Origin: Malacoraja senta | Lineage: Eukaryota | DNA: 64,000 nucleotides | Direction of reading: 5' to 3' | NCBI GenBank assembly: GCA_038087875.1 | Contig: CM075987.1 | Span: 28,398,001-28,462,000, forward strand | Part shown: positions 1 to 11,929 of the stretch, piece after piece | Layout: every line of letters starts with the position of its first letter | Numbering within the stretch: the stretch's first letter is position 1 | Notes under the pieces: generated by a model | Told to the model about the DNA's origin: nothing | Database searches by the model: none | Seen by the model: only the letters and a program-made list of their open reading frames with translations | Program-made: the position numbers and the translations under genes

Positions 1-139
1 GACAGGTTAACCTTGCAAGGAAGAGACACCAGAATAAGTCTGTGATAGGAGCAGGATTAGGCCATTTAGCCCATTGAGTCTACTCTGCCATTCAATCGTG
101 ACTGCTCTCAACCCCATTCTACTGCCTTCTTCCCATAAC

Positions 140-1990
140 CTTTGGAGTTCCGCAGGGGTCGGTGCTGGGGCCGCTGCTCTTCATGTTGTGTATTAATGAT
201 ATGGAAGAGGGGATTGAAGGCTTTGTGGCAAAGTTTGCGGATGATACAAAAATAGGTGGAGGGGAAGGTAGTGTAGAGAAAGCAGGGACTCTGCAGTAGG
301 ACTTAGCAGGTTGACAGTGGGCAGAGAAAGTGGCAGATGGAATATTGTGTAGCAACATGTGGAGGCATGCATTTTGGTAGTAGGAATAAAGGCGTAGACT
401 ATTTTCTAAATGGGGAGAGAATCCAGAAATCGGAGGTGCAAAGGGACTTGAGTGCTGGTGCAGGATTTCCAAAAAGTTAATCTGCAAGTCGAATCAGCAA
501 ACTCAATGATAGCATTTATTTCAAGAGGGCTTGTATACAAAAACAGGGATGTAATGTTGAGGCTCTATAAGGCACTGGTAAGGCCGCATTTAGAATATTG
601 TGAGCAATTTTCAAGTCAAGTCAATTTTATTTGTCACATACACATACAAGATGTGCAGTGAAATGAAAGTGGCAATGCCTGCGGATTGTGCAAAAACTAC
701 AGAACAGAATCAGTATTTACATGTTAGAATAAAAAATAAAAAAAAGACACAACACAACAGTAAATTAGTACAGTAAATTAGTCCCTGGTGAGATAAGAGT
801 TTACAGTCCTGATGGCCTGTGGGAAGAAACTCCGTCTCATCCTCTGTTTTCACAGCATAACAGCGGAGGCGTTTGCCTGACCGTATCAGCTGGAACAGTC
901 TGTTGCTGGGGTGGTAGAGGTCCCCCATAATGTTGCTGGCTCTGGATCTGCACCTCCTGGTGTATAGGTCCTGCAGGGGGGCGAGTGTAGTTCCCATAGT
1001 GTGTTCAGCCGAACGCACTACTCTCTGCAGAGCCTTCCTCTCCTGGGCAGAGCTGGTCCCAAACCAGTTTGTGATGTTGCCGGACAAGATGCTTTCTACA
1101 GCCCCAGAGTAGAAGCACTGAAGGATCCTCAGAGAGACTCTGAATTTCCTCAGCTGCCTGAGGTGGTAAAGGCGCTGCCTTGCCTTATTCACCAGTGCGG
1201 CAGTTTGTGTTGTCCATGTCAGATCCTCTGTGATGTGGACTCCCAGGTATTTAAATCAGCTCACCCTGTCCACAGTAGTCCCATTTATCTCCAGTGGCGT
1301 GTACGTCCTCGGATGTTGTGCCCTTCTAAAATCCACAATCCTTAGTTTTTGTGACATTCAAGAGGAGGCTGTTGTCCTGACACCAGAAGGCCAGATCAGC
1401 CACCTCCTCCCGGTAGGCCTTCTCATCGTTATCAGAGATCAGGCCCACCACCAGTGTCATCACAGTTTGGGCACCATATCCGAGGAAAGATGTGCTGGTT
1501 CTGGAGAAGGTCCAGAGGAGGTTTACAAGAATGATATCAGGAATGAGTAGGTTAACCTATGATGAGCATTCGTTGGCACTGGGCATGTACTCGCTGGAGT
1601 TTAGAAGAATGAGGGGGGACCTCATTGAAACATACAGAATAGTGAAAGGCTTGGATAGAGTGGATGCGTAGAGGATGTTTCCACTAGAGGGAGAGTCTAG
1701 GGCTAGAGGTCATAGCCCCAGAATTAAAGGTTCTTTTAGGAAGGAGATGAGGAGAAATTTATTTAGTCAGAGGGTGGTGAATCTGTGGAATTCTTTTCCA
1801 CAGAAGGCTGTGGAGGCCAAGTCAGTGGATATTTTATGGCAGAGATAGATTCTTCATTAGTGCAGGTGTCAGGGGTTATGGGGAGAAGGCAGGAGAATGG
1901 GGTTAGGAGGGAGAGATAGATTAGCCATGATTGAATGGTGGAGTAGACTTGATGGGCCGAATGGCCTAATTCTACTCCTGTTCCTTATAA
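140..1990 (+). mobile_element. CR1 LINE 3' fragment (interrupted)
   Basis: [14 protein letters not shown] and LVRPHLEYC motifs, plus a CR1 3' UTR. Confidence 0.85.
611..1460 (-). mobile_element. Rex1/Babar-type LINE 3' fragment inserted in a CR1
   Basis: ORF KARQRLYHLRQLRKF...VESILSGNITNWFG; short tandem-repeat tail at 611. Flanking CR1 sequence resumes at ~1465. Confidence 0.8.
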
Positions 1991-2617
1991 CGCTCCCACT
2001 TATCACAAACCTGTCAATCTTTAGAAATACTCGATGATTTGGCCTCCACAGCCGTGTGTGGCAATGGCATTTCTCCGCATCTTTCTAAAGGCATGTCCTT
2101 TTATCTGAGGCTGGTCCCATGGTTCTAGATTCTCCCACTTGTGGTCCCCCCTCATTCTGCAAAATACCAACAGCATTACTCTTACCAGACTGAGCAATCT
2201 GTCACACCACACCTTCACAGGAAGCTCCGCACAGATGAGATGTCCCTGCCATTCCTCAGCTGTTAATTAGGGCAAAAGGCTAAAGAAGAGAAAGGTCAAA
2301 TGCTCTGATGGTTTACGCAAGGGCAGGGTGTGCGGCCCCGTGTAATCCTCTGGCCCATGAGCACTTCCCATTGAGACTTCAGAAACTTCCAAAAGATTCT
2401 TCCCATGAACAGCACCACCTCCTAGCAAGAGTGCTTTGACGCAGTATACAAGCCTGTCGTCGCGATCAAACCTGCTAGTCATGCATGTTGAGGATGGGGC
2501 ACAGCAGCTGCATGGCGGTCGGATGGGGGGGGGTCACCCGAGCCCAACGGGGATCACGAGTCAGCGCCATCCCAGTGTATTTGGACCGATTCAGCAACAG
2601 TTATAGCCCACACTCAC

Positions 2618-2742
2618 CATGGAGTATCCATACACGTGTATATTCTTCTCTTGCTTATCGTGCCTGATGCGGCCCCCACCCTGGCACTCACAGTACAGAC
2701 CTTGCTGCTCAATCTCTGCCGACACCTGGTCGTAGATATCAG
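2618..2742 (-). CDS. PHPT1: PHPT1 coding exon 2
   Basis: CAG acceptor and GTGAGT donor; 125 nt, phase 1 to 0. Encodes (A)[41 protein letters not shown]. The last exon was not found and probably lies left of the window. Confidence 0.95.
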
Positions 2743-2844
2743 CTGTGACAGGAAGAAATACAACTACTTCAGTAATAAGGATATCTGATCAACCAGTGCA
2801 CCGAAAACATGCCTAATACTAATCACAAGGCCCGTCACAGTATC

Positions 2845-3415
2845 CCTCCTCCCACACACCCCCTCCCCCCTCCTCACCGCCTCCCCACCGCCTCCCTCAC
2901 CTCTCCCTCACCCCTCCCCACCCCCTCCCTCACCCCTCCTCCCCTCCCCACCCCCTCCCTCACCCCTCCTCCCCTCCTCCCCACCGCCTCCCTCACCTCT
3001 CCCTCACCCCTCCTCCCCTCCCCACCCCCTCCCTCACCCCTCCTCCCCTCCCCACCGCCTCCCTCACCTCTCCCTCACCCCTCCTCCCCTCCCCACCCCC
3101 TCCCTCACCCCTCCTCCCCTCCCCACCGCCTCCCTCACCCCTCCTCCCCTCCCCACCCCTCCTCCCCTCCCCACCCCCCTCCCTCACCCCTCCTCCCCTC
3201 CCCACCCCCTCCCTCACCCCTCCCCACCCCCTCCCTCACCCCTCCTCCCCTCCCCACCCCCTCCCTCACCCCTCCTCCCCTCCCCACCCCCTCCCTCACC
3301 CCTCCTCCCCTCCCCACCCCCTCCCTCACCCCTCCTCACCCCTTCCCCTCTCCCCATCCACCTCCCCCCTCCCCCTCCCCCCTCCCCTACCCCTCACATC
3401 CCCCACCCTCCATTC
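2845..3415. repeat. Polypyrimidine (C-rich) low-complexity repeat filling PHPT1 intron 1
   Basis: CCCTCCCTCACCCCTCCTCCCCTCCCCAC-type units. Confidence 0.9.
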
Positions 3416-3424
3416 CCCGGTTAC

Positions 3425-3566
3425 CGTGGTATTCGGCAGACGCCCACCCCCGCACCACGTCCTTCTCGGGGCCGCCGTCCTGCCCGACCCGGATCAATAT
3501 GTACTTGAAGACGCCGCTCGGGTCGATCACAACCGCGGGAACCCGCGCCAGCGCCGCCGCCGCCAT
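3425..3566 (-). CDS. PHPT1: 14 kDa phosphohistidine phosphatase, coding exon 1
   Basis: Manual translation [47 protein letters not shown] matches the PHPT1/Janus N-terminus (GVFKY.LIRV...VRG...AEYH with the catalytic His). ATG is in an AAGATGGCG context, with a GTAA donor at 3424 (phase 1), inside a CpG island. Confidence 0.95.
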
Positions 3567-3690
3567 CTTGTCCCAGGCGTGCGCGCTCCCACCCGGTCCT
3601 GCGTCAGCGTGCGCGCTCCCACCCGGCCCTGCGTCAGCGAGCGCGGCCCCGCCAGCCCCAGTCCAACGTGCGCGTCCCCGGTCATTTCAC
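3567..3690 (-). promoter_or_regulatory. PHPT1 CpG-island promoter with 30-bp tandem duplication
   Basis: GC/CpG-rich; repeated GCGTGCGCGCTCCCACCCGG(T/C)CCTGCGTCA containing NRF1-like GCGTGCGC and CRE/AP-1-like TGACGCA motifs, plus a GC box. Confidence 0.6.
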
Positions 3691-4089
3691 GCCAACTCTC
3701 CATCCTCATTAACCCTCCCCACCTTGAATGGCAGAGTAGACTTGATGGACCGAATGGCCTTATTCTGCCCTGCCCTGCCCCCCCCCCCCCCTCTCCCAGC
3801 CCAACAGCTACCACCGGGCGTGGCGGGTGAAGTTTCCTTTTGATAAATGCACAAGTGAAGTTATGAATAAACGAGGGAAATGTATTTAGATTGTATCCAT
3901 GGATTATGTGAAGGCTGTGTATCTTGTTCACTAATCACAAGTCTGTGGGAGAGCAAGGATTTGTCTTGTTTATCAGTTACAAATCTGCAGGATGGTGAAA
4001 AGCTGTTTAAACTTGTTCATTGGTTAATTATCTGCTAAAGCTACTAATTAGTAACAAATTAATGGTGAACAAGCTCTTTAAGTTGTTTA

Positions 4090-4313
4090 CGAAAGAACTG
4101 CAGATGCAGACTTAAATCGAAGATAGACACAAAATGCTGGAGTAACTCAGCGGGACAGGCAGCATCTCTGGAGAGAAGGAATGGATGACGTTTTAAGTCG
4201 AGACCCTTCAGACTGGACTGAGTCTGAAGAAGGGTCTCGACCCGAAATGTCACCCATTCCTTCTCTTCAGAGATGCTGCCTGTCCCGCTGAGTTACTCCA
4301 GCATTTTGTGTCT
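4090..4313. mobile_element. Palindromic Penelope-derived repeat pair with 19-bp target duplication
   Basis: Two ~90-bp arms in inverted orientation, flanked by AAGCTCTTTAA(G/C)TTGTTTA at 4071-4089 and 4314-4332. Confidence 0.8.
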
Positions 4314-5761
4314 AAGCTCTTTAACTTGTTTATTATCATCTTAGGTGGATGAAGGTATTTAAGTTCTTTAATAGTTATAAATCTATGGAGTGTTGGTAAT
4401 CTATTTAACTCCATTGCTTATGTTCCATCAAGTCTCTCTGCATCTCCCCACTGGAACCTGTGTGGGCAGAGGTCTACTCCAGGGCAAGAAAGAACAAGCA
4501 TAGAGATGGAGAGAGTGGTGTGAATGTGTGCACAGAAAGAGCGATAGATTGAGACAGAAAGATGAAGAGAGGGAGAGAGAGAGAGAGAACGAGGTATTTA
4601 GACTCTCAGACCTGCCTGCTGTTGGATGAGATCGTGCCTGATCCATGTATCTGTGTTTTTCTCATGTCATTCAATCATTCGTCCCATCATCAAGAGTTCC
4701 CCAGACTAATGGCAGCCCCCCACTGGGCCTGTGGACTGGGGGTTCTGCCTCCACCAGCTCTCTGGGGCAGTGAATTCAACACCATCCACCCCACATTCCC
4801 TCATCTCCCGCGAATCCACCCATCAACCGTTGTACACAGGGCAGCACCTGACAGAGGTCCCGGCCTATCGCAGCAGTGCCCGGGGCACGCCAGCCACAAA
4901 ATGTCACCCTTCTTCAGTCTGAAGGGTCTCAACCCGAAATGTCACCCATTCCTTCTCCCCAGAGATGCTGTCTGTCCCGCTGAGTTACTCCAGCATTTTA
5001 TGTCTATGATCGATGTAAACCAGCATCTGCAGTTCCTTCCTCACACAATAACCTCTCCCCACTCTGCCAGTCTGCAGTTTGGCACATTGCCAGGTATTTG
5101 ATGATGTTTTAAGGGTCTATCGAGATGGACCAAGTCTCCCTGGAGTCGCACTCTTCCTTCCTTCAATCAATACTCTAAGGATGACCTCACACTTGTCTGG
5201 GCAGAAATCCAGTTTCTGAAGTGGTTCCTTTCACCATCTTTCAGTATCACTTAGTTTCCATCATATAATTACCACAATTGCTACACTGAGCTTTTATCAG
5301 CTGATGGTCAGAAGATGGGTCTATTGCTGCCCCAGGAAAGACAAGGTAGAAATAACCAGAGAAATATATGAAGTGAGAATTGAGAAAGAGAGAGGGGAGA
5401 AGAGAGATAGAGAGAGTCAGAAAGAAAGAGATACATAGGAGAGAAGGACAGAGAGGGTAGAGAGATAGATGGATACACACAAAAATGGAGAGCAAGGTAG
5501 ATTGAAGGAGAGAGAGAGAGAGAGGCAGCAAGAGAGAGAGCAATAGATTGAAGGAGAGAGAGGAGATGGTGACAGCTGAAACTAGTAACACGGTGGGCAA
5601 ATATACAGACAGGAAGAGCCAGTGAGTAAAAGACCAACAAGCATGGAGGCAGAGATATGGAAACAAGATGAGACCAAGAGAGATTGCCAGAGACTGAGAA
5701 AAACAGATGGAGCGTGTGAGAGGGAGAGGAGGTGGGGGAGAGTGTGTGAGAATGTGTATGT

Positions 5762-5961
5762 NNNNNNNNNNNNNNNNNNNNNNNNNNNNNNNNNNNNNNN
5801 NNNNNNNNNNNNNNNNNNNNNNNNNNNNNNNNNNNNNNNNNNNNNNNNNNNNNNNNNNNNNNNNNNNNNNNNNNNNNNNNNNNNNNNNNNNNNNNNNNNN
5901 NNNNNNNNNNNNNNNNNNNNNNNNNNNNNNNNNNNNNNNNNNNNNNNNNNNNNNNNNNNNN
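5762..5961. other. Assembly gap (200 N)
   Basis: Run of N. Confidence 1.
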
Positions 5962-7698
5962 GCCTGGGGGACAGGCAGAAATAGGTGAATTTATAATGGG
6001 AAACAAGAAAATGGCAGACCAGTTGAACAACTGGTTCTTTCTTCACTAAGGAAGACACAAACAATCTCCCAGAAATACTAAGGAACCGAGGATTTAATAG
6101 GAGGGAGGAACTGAAGGGAATCCACATTAGTCAGGAAATGGTGTTAAGTAAACTGTTGGACTGAAGGCAGATAAAATCCATAGAGCCTGATGGTCTGCAT
6201 CCCAGAGTACTCAAGGAGGTGGCCCTAGAAATCGTGAATGCATTGGTGATCATTTCCCAATGTTCTATAGACTCCGATTAGTTCCTGTGGACTGGAGGGT
6301 AGCCATTATAACCCACTTTTTAAGAAAGGAGGGAGAGTTAGCCATACATCGGTAGCGGAGAAGATACTTGAGCCGATTATTAAAGATGTTATAGCAGCGC
6401 ATATGGAAAGCAGTGACAAGATCGGTCAAAGTCAGCATGGAGTTATGAAGGAAATCATGCTTGACTAATCTCCTAGAATTTTTTGAGGTTGTAACAAGTA
6501 GAATGGATAAGCGAGAGAGCCAGTGGATGTGGTGTATCTGGACTTTCAAAAAGTCTTTGACAAGGTCCCACTTAAGAGATTTGTGTGCAAAATTGGAGTA
6601 CATGGTATTGGGGGTTGGGTATTGACATGGATAGAGAACTGGTTGGCAGACAGGAAGCAAATAATAGGAATTAACGGATCCTTTTCAGAATGGCAGGCAG
6701 TGACTAGTGGGGTGCCGCAAGGCTCAGTGCTGGGATCCCAGTTATTTACCATTTATATGAATGATTTAGATGAAGGAATTAAATGTAACATCTCCAAGTT
6801 TTTTGATGACACAAAGCTGGGTGGCAGTGTGAGCTGCGAGGATGCTGTGAGGCTGCAGGGTGACTTGGATAGGTTGGGTGAGTGGGCAGATGCAGTATAA
6901 TGTGGATACATGTGAGGTTATCCCCTTTGGTAGCAAGAACAAGGCAGATAATTATCTGAATGGTGTCAGATTAGGAATAGGGGAGGTGCAATGAGACCTG
7001 GGTGTCTTTGTACACCAGTCACTGAAAGTAAACATGCAGGTACAGCAGGCAGTGAAGAAAGCAATTGGCATGTTGGGCTGCATAGTGAGAGGGTTTGAAT
7101 ATAGGAGCAAGGGTCCTGTTCTACAGGACCCTGGTGAGACCACACCTGGAGTATTGTGTGCAATTTTAGTCTCCTAATTTGAGGAAGGACATTCTTGCTA
7201 TTGAGGGAGTGCAGCGCAAGTTCACCAGGTTAATTCCCAGGATGACAGGACTGACATGATAAAAGAATGGGTCGACTGGGCTTGTAGTCATTGGAATTTA
7301 AAAGGATGAGAGGATATCTTATAGAAACATAAAATTTTTAAGGGATTGGACAGGCTAGATGCAGGAAAAATGATCCTGTTGTTGGGGGAGTCCAGAACCA
7401 GGGTTCACAGTTTAAGAATAAGCGGTAGGTCATTTAGGACTGAGATGAGGAAAAACTTTTTCAGCCAGAAAGTTGTGAATCTGTGGAATTCTCTGCCTCA
7501 GAAGGCAGTGGAGGCCAATTCACTGGATGTTTTCAAGAGAGAGTTAGACATAGCTCTTAGGGCTAAAGGAATCAAGGGATATGGGAAGAAGTGGGAAACG
7601 GGGTACTGATTTAGGATGATCAGCCACGATCATATTGAATTGCAGTGCTGGCTCAAAGGGCCGAATGGCCTACACCTGTACCTATTGTCTATGTTTCT
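5962..7698 (+). mobile_element. CR1 LINE ORF2 fragment with 3' tail
   Basis: YLDFQK.FDKVP and [12 protein letters not shown] motifs; frameshifted. Confidence 0.9.
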
Positions 7699-7739
7699 GA
7701 CACGTCCATGACGCCCACAGTACACATGATGCTGCAAGG

Positions 7740-7765
7740 GCGTGGAGGTGAGAGGGGTGGACAGG

Positions 7766-7796
<31 letters not shown>

Positions 7797-8995
7797 TGGG
7801 GAGGAAGGGGGTGGGGGAGAGAAGGGGAACGGGGAGATGATGGGGAGGGGAGAGGGATAGAGAGTGTGAACAAGAGACTTTTGGACAGGTACATGAGGGG
7901 AGTGGGGAGTGAAGGGAGCGGTGGGTGGAGAATGTGGGTGGGGTGGTAGTGAGGGAGGGGGAAGAGAGGGAGGGGGAGAGAGGGAGAGATGTGTGATGGG
8001 GAGGGTGGAAAGGATGTAGGAATATACAGGGTGAACGTGAGAAGGAGGGAGGGGTGGATGGGGGTGAGTGTGGGAGGATGAGGGGAAGGGGGTGAGGAGG
8101 TTCGCGGGAGGGGGTGAGGAGGGGGGAGGGGGAGGGGGAGGGGGAGGGGGTGAGGAGGGGGAGGGGGTGAGGAGGGGAAGGGGGTGAGAATGTTCGCGGG
8201 AGGGGGTGAGGGGAGGGCGAGCGGACCGGTCCCCGCTGTTGCTATAACCCGCGCTCTCGACTCTCACCTGCCGCCGCCCTGTCATTCCCCGCTCGTTCTC
8301 CGCCCGATCCCTGGTTGCCGGCCCCGGCCCCGACACCCACAGCCGCTCCGTCTCCTCGCTCCCTCCGCCCCGAACAAGCGCCAGTGCCCCGGGAACCGGC
8401 GCCAGCCCAGCCCAAAGCTATCCGCCCCCGCCCGCTACATGGAGCGGAGGCGGGGGTGGGGGAGTAGTGAGGGTGGGTGGTGGGTGGGGGAGAGACGCAG
8501 AGGGGAGAGAGGTTGGGGAAGGCAATGGATGAAGGGAGAAAAGGAGAATGGGGAGAGGGAAATTTAGTAAAATGGATGGGGAGAGTGTGATAGAGAGAGG
8601 GGTTGGGAGAGCAGGGGCCAAGAGGGGGGAGAGAGAGGGGAGAGAAGGGGAGGGGGGAGAGAAGGGGAGGGGGGAAGGGGAGAGGGGGGGGAGGGGAGCG
8701 GGGGGGGAGGGAAGCGGGGGGGAGAGAAGGGAAGGGGGGAGAGAGAGGGGAGGGGAAGGGGGGTGGGGGGGAGAGAAGGGGGGGAGAGAAGGGGAGGGGG
8801 GGAAGGGGAGAGGGGGGGGAGGGGAGGGGGGGAGAGAAGGGGAGGGGGGGAAGGGGAGAGGGGGAGGAGGGGAGCGGGGGGGGAGAGAAGGGGAGGGGGG
8901 GGAAGGGGAGAGGGGAGCGGGGGGGAGAGAAGGGGAGGGGGGGGGGAGAGAAGGGGGGGGGAGAGAATGGGAGGGGGGGGGGAAGGGAATGAATT
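7740..8995. repeat. Polypurine (G/A) tracts flanking a CpG island
   Basis: [24 protein letters not shown] units at 7740-8200 and 8450-8995. Confidence 0.9.
8200..8450 (-). promoter_or_regulatory. CpG island with candidate first exon (CAG|GTGAGA donor near 8267)
   Basis: CpG-rich unique sequence between polypurine tracts, with GC boxes and an X-box-like GTTGCTATAAC. The host gene was not identified. Confidence 0.5.
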
Positions 8996-9796
8996 GGAGA
9001 ATTTTGCGCGACGCGGATTAGCGGCGACAATCCTCAGGCCGCTTTACCTGCAGATGACTCCAGCCCCGGTCGAGTTTGCAGTAAATCTCCAGTTTGGATT
9101 AACATAGAATCTTGCAAGCGCGGATAAAATGAACGATCATCTCCCCGCTACAGTGGTAAACAGCTCGTCCTCCGCCTTCAACCGGAGAGATTCCGATCGC
9201 CGAATGAAACTGTTCAGAATATTACATTCAGGATTAATCTGTTAAAATATCCCATAACCTGTGCTCAGGCTCGGCTCCAACATTAAATTGGGAAAAAATA
9301 CATTCCCTGTGTCTCACTGTAAATGTATTAACATAAAATCATGTGATGCTCAGATACACCAGTAAAATCCCACTCCTACATTAAACGGTAACAAATCTGA
9401 TCTCTGGATTAAATGTTAAAGATTCCACTGTAAAATCCCATTCCCGGATTCAATGTCAACGATCCACCCTCAGACCGCCCAATCTACACCAGTCCCACCT
9501 GCCCACATTTGGCCCATATCCCTCTAAACCTTTCCTGTCCATGTACCTGTCCAAATATCTTTTGAATTTTAATGTACTGGCCTAAACTACCTCCTCGTTT
9601 CAAACACCCACCACCCTCCCCTGTGAAAAGCAGCGCCTCTTGCTTCTCTTCAATTCTTCCCCTCTTACGTCATTCTTTAACCGCTCATGAAAGGTCACCC
9701 CGACCATCCCAGGATTGAGTCTCGAGAACCTGTCCCAGACTTCCTTCACTGAAAGCGTATTGTTCCTTTCACAAGGAGACCAGAACTGGGTGGGCC

Positions 9797-11020
9797 CTCA
9801 CTGTGTCCCCACCGTGTGACTGGGTCCCCACTGTGTCCCCACCGTGTGACTGGGTCCCCACTGTGTCCCCACCATGTGACTGTGTCCCCACCATGTGACT
9901 GGGTCCCCACCGTGTGACTGTGTCCCCACTGTGTGACTAGGTCCCCACTGTGTCCCCACCGTGTGACTGGGTCCCCACCGTGTGACTGGGTCCCCACTGT
10001 GTCCCCGCCGTGTGACTGGGTCCCCACTGTGTCCCCACCGTGTGACTGGGTCCCCACCGTGTGACTGGGTCCCCACTGTGTCCCCACCGTGTGACTGGGT
10101 CCCCACCGTGTGACTAGGTCCCCACTGTGTCCCCACCGTGTGACTAGGTCCCCACTGTGTCCCCGCCATGTGACTGTGTCCCCACCGTGTGACTGGGTCC
10201 CCACCGTGTGACTGGGTCCCCACTGTGTCCCCACCATGTGACTGTGTCCCTACCGTGTGACTGGGTCCCCACTGTGTCCCCACCATGTGACTGTGTCCCC
10301 ACCGTGTGACTGGGTCCCCACTGTGTCCCCACCGTGTGACTGGGTCCCCACCGTGTGACTGGGTCCCCACTGTGTCCCCGCCATGTGACTGTGTCCCCAC
10401 CATGTGACTGGGTCCCCACCATGTGACTGGGTCCCCACTGTGTCCCCACCATGTGACTGTGTCCCCACCATGTGACTGGGTCCCCACTGTGTCCCCACCG
10501 TGTGACTGGGTCCCCACCATGTGACTGGGTCCCCACTGTGTCCCCACCATGTGACTGTGTCCCCACCATGTGACTGGGTCCCCACTGTGTCCCCACCATG
10601 TGACTGTGTCCCCACCATGTGACTGGGTCCCCACTGTGTCCCCACCGTGTGACTGGGTCCCCACCATGTGACTGGGTCCCCACTGTGTCCCCACCATGTG
10701 ACTGTGTCCCCACCATGTGACTGGGTCCCCACTATGTCCCCACCATGTGACTGGGTCCCCACTGTGTCCCCGCCATGTGACTGGGTCCCCACTGTGTGAC
10801 TGGGTCCCCACTGTGTCGCCAATGTGTGACTGGGTCCCCACTGTGTCGCCAATGTGTGACTGGGTCCCCACCATGTGACTGTGTCCCCACCGTGTGACTG
10901 GGTCCCCACTGTGTCGCCAATGTGTGACTGTGTCCCCACCATGTGACTGGGTTCCCACTGTGTCGCCAATGTGTGACTGTGTCCCCACCATGTGACTGGG
11001 TTCCCACTGTGTCCCCTACC
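9797..11020. repeat. Compound GC-rich minisatellite
   Basis: Interspersed units CCCCACC(G/A)TGTGACTG(G/T)GT and CCCCACTGTGT over ~1.2 kb. Confidence 0.95.
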
Positions 11021-11929
11021 ATGGTTACACTTCCTTGTTTCTAAACCCTCACACAATGATCACCCTCTCCCCCACCCCTCATTCCCACCCCAACCCTCAC
11101 CCACCCTCACCTCACTCTCCCCCACCCTCACCCTCACCCCCACTCTCCCCCACCCTCATCCCCACTCTCCCCCACCCGCACTCTCCCCCACCCTCACACA
11201 ACAATGGCCTCACTACAGGGAGAAGGCAGCAGAATGGGGTTGAGAGGGAAAGATAGATCAGCCGTGATTGAATGGTGGAGTAGTCATGATGGGCTGAATG
11301 GCCTACTTCTACTAGTTATGCTGGCTGTGTTAGTTACATTTCTCCTTTACGCTTTATGCGGTTTAAATTGAATCCAATGTTTCTACCTAGCGGTCCCCCT
11401 CATGTCCACTCTGGCACATTTCTCAGGCCACTATAACCCGCCGGGTTGGAGACCAGCCCTTTCTGGAAAGATTTTAAAATCCCTGTACCTGACCTCTGTC
11501 CTTTGGCATTATGGCTTCAATACTTATTTTCTTTTCCCAATCTTTGATCTTCTGTTGATCAATTATTAGCCTATCTTTAAATTTGTACAATCACTTTACC
11601 AACTGCTGGATTACCCCCAAAACTCGTTCCCTTCTATTACAAAGCCCTGCTTATTTACAGTGTCTCCTGCTAGGTTCAGTGCTTCTCCTGACGTGCTAAC
11701 CCTGGCTGGTATTGTTTTCACTGACTGCGGTATATTAACTCTTCCCTGTCCAGTCTCAGCTAATGCTTTAGTTAGATTTAAGTATCCCATTCATTGGCTC
11801 TCATGGTGGGGAATGTGAAATCACTGTGTCTCCCCTAACAAGGCACAGGCTTCCTTCATCATTTTGCTGGGCAATCTAGTTAAAACTAAACAGTCAGGGG
11901 ACGGCGAGAATGCTGGTCTGAAGAAGGTG

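Noticed and set aside
2000..2600. PHPT1 exon 3
   Set aside because: No frame resembling the expected YPDYEVTW-like C-terminus was found.
2809..3843. 344-aa proline-rich ORF
   Set aside because: Translation of a C-rich low-complexity intron antisense to PHPT1.
5308..6127. ORFs spanning X runs
   Set aside because: Artefacts of the 200-N gap.
7689..9107. Gly/Glu/Arg-rich and Pro-rich ORFs
   Set aside because: Polypurine low-complexity sequence.
9746..11056. Long repetitive ORFs (GTQSHGGD...) or a CRISPR-like array
   Set aside because: Minisatellite with no unique spacers and no cas genes, in a vertebrate context; open in several frames.
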